In this document: positions 26,827-32,237 of the stretch, piece by piece
Numbering within the stretch: position 1 is the stretch's first letter
Layout: each line of letters starts with the position of its first letter
From: an uncultured Rikenellaceae bacterium
GTDB taxonomy: Bacteria; Bacteroidota; Bacteroidia; Bacteroidales; VadinHA17
Length of the DNA stretch: 32,237 bases
NCBI GenBank assembly: GCA_964617415.1
Contig: CAZTXH010000001.1
Location: forward strand, 13,692-45,928
Reading direction: 5' to 3'
Translations under genes and position numbers: made by a program
The notes under the pieces: model-generated
Seen by the model: only the letters and a program-made list of their open reading frames with translations
The model's database searches: none
What the model was told of the DNA's origin: nothing

Positions 26827-27273
26827 ATGGTAAAAAAAAGAAAAATTGCAATAGTATGTGATCATGCAGGATTCTTTCTGAAGGAAAAACTTTTACTATT
26901 TCTTAGGGATAACTATGATGTAAAGGATTTTGGAACATACAGTAGAGAACCTGTTGATTATCCTGATTTTGGACATCCGATGGCAGAAGCTGTTTCGGCA
27001 GGTGTATATGAGATTGGAATCACAATATGCGGAACAGGCAACGGAATGAATATGACAGCAAATAAACACCAGGGTATCAGGAGTGCATTATGTTGGAGTG
27101 AAGAGATAAGCAGGCTGGCAAGAGAACACAATGATGCAAATGTTTGTGCATTACCGGGAAGATATATTACTGAATCAGAAGCATATCTGATTGTTAAAAC
27201 TTTTCTGGAATCTTCATTTGAAGGGGGCAGGCATAAGCCGAGAATTACTAAAATACCTTTAAAAAAATATTAA
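26827..27273 (+). CDS. rpiB: ribose-5-phosphate isomerase B
   Basis: 148 aa with IAIVCDHAGFFLKEKL, ICGTGNGMNMTANK and RHKPRI, typical of RpiB/LacA/LacB. Confidence 0.9.
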   Translation: MVKKRKIAIVCDHAGFFLKEKLLLFLRDNYDVKDFGTYSREPVDYPDFGHPMAEAVSAGVYEIGITICGTGNGMNMTANKHQGIRSALCWSEEISRLAREHNDANVCALPGRYITESEAYLIVKTFLESSFEGGRHKPRITKIPLKKY

Positions 27274-27274
27274 A

Positions 27275-27715
27275 ATGCTTTCGAGTACATCCAGATATGG
27301 TATCAGGGCAGTAATTTATATTGCCAGCAGACAAGAAAAAAACTGTAAAACAGGATTAACACAAATTTCGAAGGACCTTAAACTTCCAGCACCATTTCTT
27401 GCAAAAATACTTCAACAACTATCAAGACAAAAAATACTTAGTTCATTGAAAGGACCCCATGGTGGGTTTTCGTTACAAAGAAAACCAGAAAAAATATCAT
27501 TATACGATATTGTTACAACTATTGATGGTGATGGTATCTTTACTGACTGTATAATCCACAATTCAAAATGTGGAGATGTAGATAGTAATCATGGTGAATG
27601 TCCTGTACATAATGATTATACGGAGATAAGAAAGAAGCTTATTCAATTCTTTAGAAATACCACAATTGCTGATCTTGTTAAAAAGGCAAGAGACTTGGAT
27701 AAAATAATTATTTGA
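27275..27715 (+). CDS. Rrf2 family transcriptional regulator with an IscR/NsrR-like Cys3-His cluster-ligand pattern
   Basis: 146 aa with an N-terminal wHTH (RYGIRAVIYIA...ISKDLKLPAPFLAKILQQLSRQKIL). CIIHNSKCGDVDSNHGECPVH supplies three Cys plus a His. Confidence 0.85.
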   Translation: MLSSTSRYGIRAVIYIASRQEKNCKTGLTQISKDLKLPAPFLAKILQQLSRQKILSSLKGPHGGFSLQRKPEKISLYDIVTTIDGDGIFTDCIIHNSKCGDVDSNHGECPVHNDYTEIRKKLIQFFRNTTIADLVKKARDLDKIII

Positions 27716-28085
27716 TTAATTCATTTCGTATAGGTCTTATTATAAAACAAATAATAATAGCAAAAACTATTCCTGCAAAATTAAAGAGCAAATCGAACAA
27801 ACTTCCTGTCCTGGTTACGGTCAACCATAATTGCAGAAGCTCCATAAATGCCCCGTAAAAAAGAGGAATTAACGATATTAGAAAGAGCCTTCTTATTTTA
27901 TGTATGTTTTTTCTGTGTTCAAAAAGAATTACACCCATAAAAATGAAATACATAAGAAAATGCACAACATAATCTATACCAGGAAAGCTAAAAATAGAGA
28001 TTTTGTCATAAGTTTCTGTACTTGAAAGACTTAAGTAAAAGATACCCAAGGCAACGATTATTGAAAAAATATTCCTTTTAATCAT
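27708..28085 (-). CDS. VanZ family membrane protein
   Basis: 125 aa with 4 predicted helices. DYVVHFLMYF and MELLQL...RTGSLFDLLFNFAGIVF match the VanZ motifs (DK.xHF, E.xQ...R..s..D...N..G). Confidence 0.78.
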   Translation of the reverse strand: MIKRNIFSIIVALGIFYLSLSSTETYDKISIFSFPGIDYVVHFLMYFIFMGVILFEHRKNIHKIRRLFLISLIPLFYGAFMELLQLWLTVTRTGSLFDLLFNFAGIVFAIIICFIIRPIRNELIK

Positions 28086-28089
28086 TTGT

Positions 28090-28097
28090 TATGTTTG
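28090..28097 (+). promoter_or_regulatory. candidate -7 box (TATGTTTG) for hemW
   Basis: Exact TAnnTTTG match, 59 nt upstream of the ATG at 28157. Confidence 0.3.
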
Positions 28098-28100
28098 GAA

Positions 28101-28108
28101 CAAATTTA
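28101..28108 (-). promoter_or_regulatory. candidate -7 box (TAAATTTG on the minus strand) for the vanZ-family gene
   Basis: Exact TAnnTTTG match, 15 nt upstream of the ATG at 28085. Confidence 0.3.
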
Positions 28109-28156
28109 ATTATTGAAATGATAATTTATTTTTAATTTCGGTATTACATTTAAAAA

Positions 28157-29293
28157 ATGGCAGGTATATATGTTCACATACCATTTTGCAGGAAACTTTG
28201 CAACTATTGCAATTTTTACCATCTTATTTCTCCCGGCGATAATACTGAATTTATTAAAGCACTGTTACATGAAACAGAAATAAGGCAGGATTATGTAAAA
28301 AACGAATCAGTTTCAACGATCTATATAGGAGGTGGTACTCCGTCAGTCTTATCTGTAAAAGAGCTTGAAAGCGTTCTTAATTACCTTAAAACACATTTTT
28401 CTGTAGAGCAAGACAGTGAAGTGACAATTGAATTGAATCCGGAGGATGTAAATAGTCGATATCTTGAAGGATTACAAAGACTTGGATTTAACAGGATCAG
28501 CCTGGGAATACAATCCTGGCGGGATGGGGATCTTAAAATGTTAAACAGGCGGCATAAATCAGAAAAGGCAGAAAAGAGTCTCAGGGAAGTAATTGATACC
28601 GGTTTTGAAAATATATCGGTTGATCTTATATACGGGATACCCGGAATGGGAATCAAAGACTGGGAAAGTAATATTAATAAAACGCTGGATTATAATATTA
28701 AACATTTATCAGCTTATCATTTAACCATTGAACACGGGACGGTCTTTGGAAAAATGAAAGAAAAGGGATTAATAAAAGAGGTAGATGAAGAATTGAGTAT
28801 TGCAGAATTTAATATGCTTATAAAAAAAGCGGAATCGGCTGGTTTTATCCAGTATGAAATATCAAATTTCAGTAAGAAGGGTTATTATTCTGTCCATAAT
28901 TCGAACTACTGGAAACAGGTACCATATATTGGTCTTGGACCATCAGCACACTCTTTTAACGGATACTCACGCCAATGGAATATCTCTGATGTGGCAAAAT
29001 ATATAAAACAGTTAAAAGAAGGGAAGCAGTTTTATGAAAAAGAAGAATTGGACACCAGAACAAGATTTAATGAATATATTATGACATCCCTCAGAACAAT
29101 GTGGGGCATAGATCTGAATTATGTTGAAAAGAGATTTGAAAAGGAGGGATATGACTATATAGTAAATATGTCTGATAAGTTTATTGACTATGGAATGATA
29201 AAGCGGGAAAAAACAAACCTGGTACTTACGAACCAGGGTAAAATGATATCTGACAATATAATCTCTGAACTTATGATGCCTGTAAAAAGGTAA
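28157..29293 (+). CDS. hemW: radical SAM family heme chaperone HemW (HemN-like, oxygen-independent coproporphyrinogen oxidase family)
   Basis: 378 aa with the radical SAM CxxxCxxC motif in YVHIPFCRKLCNYCNF, GGGTPS, and a HemN_C-like tail. The length fits HemW rather than HemN. Confidence 0.88.
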   Translation: MAGIYVHIPFCRKLCNYCNFYHLISPGDNTEFIKALLHETEIRQDYVKNESVSTIYIGGGTPSVLSVKELESVLNYLKTHFSVEQDSEVTIELNPEDVNSRYLEGLQRLGFNRISLGIQSWRDGDLKMLNRRHKSEKAEKSLREVIDTGFENISVDLIYGIPGMGIKDWESNINKTLDYNIKHLSAYHLTIEHGTVFGKMKEKGLIKEVDEELSIAEFNMLIKKAESAGFIQYEISNFSKKGYYSVHNSNYWKQVPYIGLGPSAHSFNGYSRQWNISDVAKYIKQLKEGKQFYEKEELDTRTRFNEYIMTSLRTMWGIDLNYVEKRFEKEGYDYIVNMSDKFIDYGMIKREKTNLVLTNQGKMISDNIISELMMPVKR

Positions 29294-30196
29294 CTATTTT
29301 GGCAGCATAAAATTGGTCTTACCTATAATATTGTCTTCCAGATATAATTCAACGGTATAATTACCGATAATAAAGTCCCCTGTATTATCCAGGTAAATAC
29401 ACATCTCAATATCCTGATTCATATAATCAGCGGTACGGTTAGCCGAGAAGATCAACAGACGTTCTTTGAAGCTGAAGACATTATCAGGACTATTTGTTAT
29501 TACAAGTGAATCAGGGCGGATTACTCTCATGTAAACCCTTTTTGGTCCTGCTTCTACTATGGGATTTTCGCGAAGAGTGAAGCACACCCTTAATTTATCA
29601 AGCAGCCTGATCCTTCTGGTTTCTTTTCGTTTTCTATTGAGTGGAGATACAATTATATTTTTAGCCTGTATTACTGATGCCTTTTCAACTTTAGTACTTA
29701 GTTCATCTTTTACTTTGGAAAGCTCTACATTTGAATCCTGCACCTTCTTTATTTCTTCTTTGACCTGTACATTTTCAGCTACAAGCATTTTATTCCTTGT
29801 GTTAAGAGAATCTATTTGAACAATATAACTTTTCATTATCTCTCTCATGGTAGAGATTTCCTTCCGGTATTTCTTTATCAACTGAACATTCGAGGCATTT
29901 ATTGATAACAATTGTATTATTCTCTGTTTTTCATTTTCAAGTTTTGCATTCAGTGTATCATTATTGGTTTTGAGTGTATCAAAGCTATATGCCAGTATCC
30001 TTAACTCATTTGCAAGAGAATCCTTTTCGTGAGTAAGCACAGTTTCAATCTCGACCATTTTATTCTTCTGATCGAAATACATAATTACAAGGAAAATCAG
30101 GATTCCCGAAAGAATAATAGTAACAGCCATAAGACTGACAGGAACACTTTTTTTATTCTCCTTTAAATTTTGTACCTCATTGTTTGTATCTGTCAT
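29294..30196 (-). CDS. hypothetical membrane-anchored coiled-coil protein with a C-terminal beta-rich domain
   Basis: 300 aa with one TM helix (VPVSLMAVTIILSGILIFLVIMYF) and a ~130 aa heptad-like region. The last ~110 aa are rich in beta-strand-like residues. I recognise no catalytic motif. Confidence 0.6.
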   Translation of the reverse strand: MTDTNNEVQNLKENKKSVPVSLMAVTIILSGILIFLVIMYFDQKNKMVEIETVLTHEKDSLANELRILAYSFDTLKTNNDTLNAKLENEKQRIIQLLSINASNVQLIKKYRKEISTMREIMKSYIVQIDSLNTRNKMLVAENVQVKEEIKKVQDSNVELSKVKDELSTKVEKASVIQAKNIIVSPLNRKRKETRRIRLLDKLRVCFTLRENPIVEAGPKRVYMRVIRPDSLVITNSPDNVFSFKERLLIFSANRTADYMNQDIEMCIYLDNTGDFIIGNYTVELYLEDNIIGKTNFMLPK

Positions 30197-30277
30197 TCAG
30201 TTGGTGTAATAAAATCTTGGTGTGCAAAAGTAATAATATCTGATATAATAATAAAATATCCAATTCAATGGTTAAAT

Positions 30278-31081
30278 TTACAAAGGGGTAATTTCCAGTT
30301 TCTCCGAAAATACCTTCTGTACTTCAGGTTCTTTCAGTTTTTCACGGGTTCTCTTATAACCTATATCAAAAAGTGCATCTGCTTTTTGTACTTCGAGGAT
30401 TCCGAATTTTGTAATTTCCGAAGGAGCAATAAGCAGATCGAAACTCTTTTTCTTTTCCTTGGCTTCTTTAGCCTGGTTTAGCATGAATGTCCTGACAGCA
30501 ATGCTTATAAGTCCTGAAATTGTTTCTTCATAACCTACAGGATTAACGAAAGATCCAATTAGAAAGCTACACTTGTTTTCTAAAGGTTTAACAGGAAGGT
30601 TATCAATTACTCCGCCATCAACATAATTTATTTTATTGATTACTACAGGTTTAAACATTACCGGAATACTTGCGGATGCTATTACGGAGGTAATCAGATC
30701 GCCTTTTGAGAAATAGACGGATTTGCCATTATTAAGATCTGTAGCACAAACAATCAATGGTAATTTCAATTCTTCGAATTTCTTTGACCTAAGATTTGCC
30801 TCGAGTATTTTATTGATACCAGAAATCTCAAGTATGCCATCACGGGGAAGTGTGGGACGCATATAGTCAAGTCGGCTGTTTCTGGTCATTATTTTAAGGA
30901 TCTCTTTCGGAGAATGGCCATCACAGTACATGACTCCCGCCAGGGCTCCGGCACTGGTTCCGGATATTATATCAGGATAAATACCAGCCTCATTCAATGC
31001 CTGAAGTACTCCCAGGTGGGCAAAACCCCTGGCTCCCCCGCCACTAAGCACAAGACCTGTTTTGTATTTTTTATCATTCAT
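30278..31081 (-). CDS. patatin-like phospholipase
   Basis: 267 aa with the oxyanion motif GLVLSGGGARGFAHLGVLQAL, the nucleophile GTSAGA (GxSxG), and the catalytic Asp in VDGGVIDNLP. Confidence 0.88.
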   Translation of the reverse strand: MNDKKYKTGLVLSGGGARGFAHLGVLQALNEAGIYPDIISGTSAGALAGVMYCDGHSPKEILKIMTRNSRLDYMRPTLPRDGILEISGINKILEANLRSKKFEELKLPLIVCATDLNNGKSVYFSKGDLITSVIASASIPVMFKPVVINKINYVDGGVIDNLPVKPLENKCSFLIGSFVNPVGYEETISGLISIAVRTFMLNQAKEAKEKKKSFDLLIAPSEITKFGILEVQKADALFDIGYKRTREKLKEPEVQKVFSEKLEITPL

Positions 31082-31106
31082 TTTAAAGCCGCTATTTATG
31101 GTGCAA

Positions 31107-31114
31107 CAAATTTA
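31107..31114 (-). promoter_or_regulatory. candidate -7 box (TAAATTTG on the minus strand) for the patatin gene
   Basis: Exact TAnnTTTG match, 25 nt upstream of the ATG at 31081. Confidence 0.35.
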
Positions 31115-31165
31115 AAAAATGCCATGAAATTTTCATTATACAATTGTTTAAAGGTATTCCTTGAT

Positions 31166-31173
31166 TAAATTTG
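31166..31173 (+). promoter_or_regulatory. candidate -7 box (TAAATTTG) for the yciI-family gene
   Basis: Exact TAnnTTTG match, 32 nt upstream of the ATG at 31206. Confidence 0.35.
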
Positions 31174-31205
31174 TATGGATAAAATGAATAAAAAAGAATA
31201 AAACA

Positions 31206-31496
31206 ATGCAATTTATTTTAATAGCATATGATGGAACTGATGCCGGGGCTCTTGAGCGCAGAATGAAAAGCCGGCAGGAACACCTTGAAAAGATCGCTGT
31301 GGTGAAAAAAGCGGGAGAATTCATCTGCGGGGGAGCTATTCTTGATGATTCCGGAAAGATGATCGGATCAATGATCATTTACGAGGTACCAGACAGGGAG
31401 ATATTGGACGAACGGCTGAGAAATGAACCCTATATTTATAACAAGGTTTGGGAAAAAATAGAGATCAGACCATTTCGTATGGCAAAGATCGAATAA
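31206..31496 (+). CDS. YciI family protein
   Basis: 96 aa. MQFILIAYDGTDAGALERRMKSRQEHLE...GGAILDD...IYEVPDREILDERLRNEPY fits the YciI-like ferredoxin-type fold. Confidence 0.78.
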   Translation: MQFILIAYDGTDAGALERRMKSRQEHLEKIAVVKKAGEFICGGAILDDSGKMIGSMIIYEVPDREILDERLRNEPYIYNKVWEKIEIRPFRMAKIE

Positions 31497-31502
31497 CCTC
31501 AG

Positions 31503-31920
31503 TTACTCCCATCCGTTTTTTATACCATGGGATGCTATATATCCAATAGCCTCTATTTCATATATTTTGCCATTCCTGATCTTAAAGACATGGGCTGCAG
31601 GCAGTTCAAAAGGACCCCATGGGTTGATCTCCTGAATGAACAACAAGATGATCGATCTCGGTTATCTTTCCATTGACAACTTTCAGTCGGGCTCCCAGGA
31701 TAGTGGGTCTATTGTTTTCTTCGATAACACCCATAAAGCCAACTTGTCCAGCAACAGAATCGGCGACGAAGATCTTAAAAGGATCGTGTTTTGCCAAAGC
31801 TTCAAGATATTGTTCCATCAGGGAAACAAGAGCTGACCTGTCTAATTGATTATCACCGGAACATGATGTGAAAAGAGCTAATGAAAGAAAAAATACGATA
31901 AATAAAATGATCTTGTTCAT
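31503..31920 (-). pseudogene. eroded secreted NTF2-like lipoprotein gene: N-terminal part and C-terminal tail in different frames, middle apparently missing
   Basis: Track ORF 31606..31920 (lipobox LFTSCS) ends at a TGA. The +1 frame is open from 31661 and reads ...PWGPFELPAAHVFKIRNGKIYEIEAIGYIASHGIKNGWE* to TAA 31505..31503. Both halves carry NGKI.EI strand motifs that I associate with a ~300 aa secreted family. Confidence 0.5.
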
Positions 31921-32043
31921 ATCAGATTATTATATATTTGTGATTTACTGTTTAATCAAAATTAAGATTTTCAGGAACAAATCTTTATAATAAGAGATTC
32001 ATCATTCCAGATAATCAATTTCAACTAATATAAAATAAATACA

Positions 32044-32237
32044 ATGGCATTTACATTACAACCCGGACAGAAGGCGATAGATTTTAAACTTCCCTCAACG
32101 GAGGGAAAAGAATACAGACTATCAGACTTTGATGAATTCAAATACCTGGTGATATTTTTTACCTGCAACCACTGCCCGTATGTTATTGGATCAGACGAAG
32201 TTACCAGGGCAACAGCTGAGAAATACAGGGATAAGGG
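32044..32237 (+). CDS. thioredoxin-fold (redoxin/AhpC-TSA-like) protein, N-terminal 64 codons; continues beyond the window end
   Basis: [47 protein letters not shown]... shows the redoxin substrate-loop pattern and a CxxC active site. It is open to the last base. Confidence 0.75.
   Translation, partial: MAFTLQPGQKAIDFKLPSTEGKEYRLSDFDEFKYLVIFFTCNHCPYVIGSDEVTRATAEKYRDK

Noticed and set aside
30278-31081. Patatin-like phospholipase as a possible CBASS-type or other defence effector.
   Set aside because: It is a short stand-alone RssA-like patatin. No cyclase, sensor, NTPase or other defence-type partner lies nearby, and the neighbours are housekeeping or hypothetical genes.
31606-31620. The frame break in the NTF2-like gene occurs at GGGG-UCC-UUU-UGA-A. 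This superficially mimics the prfB programmed +1 frameshift site (SD-like G-run, 3-nt spacer, slippery codon, in-frame UGA).
   Set aside because: The joined product would still lack the central ~150 residues expected for the family, so the locus is better explained as a deletion relic. Shine-Dalgarno-driven events are also unlikely in Bacteroidota.

Overview
AT-rich, gene-dense window that looks like core chromosome of a Bacteroidota (Bacteroidales/Flavobacteriia-like) organism. This rests on many TAnnTTTG -7 promoter boxes, Cys-lipobox signal peptides, and a flippase-dut-TPR-DUF4292-LytM gene string. About 30 genes are mostly housekeeping: uvrC, ade, mnmG, ybeY, dut, pheS, ruvB, rpiB, hemW, a 6-phosphofructokinase and a cyclophilin. 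Enzymes, regulators and envelope proteins make up the rest. I see no rRNA, tRNA, CRISPR array, transposase, integrase, phage gene or recognisable defence or toxin module. I cannot honestly nominate a novel multi-gene system, and the window reads as ordinary core genome. The clearest signal beyond the ORF track is gene decay at three loci. A quinolinate synthase (nadA) relic at 26.14-26.36 kb lies next to a ~470 bp almost G/C-free spacer. A DUF4292 lipoprotein gene is split by a 1-nt frame break inside an otherwise tightly coupled envelope operon. A secreted NTF2-like gene at 31.5-31.9 kb has lost its middle. Smaller observations are an EnvC-like LytM protein with all metal ligands replaced and an orphan RsbW-type kinase coupled to a TTG-start ybeY. 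There is also a perfect 14-bp palindrome between mnmG and ade, a GC-rich CCTG/CAGG hairpin before uvrC, and a back-to-back divergent promoter pair. Blocks of the window also differ visibly in GC content. All protein calls rest on motifs I recognise by eye. No database search was run.
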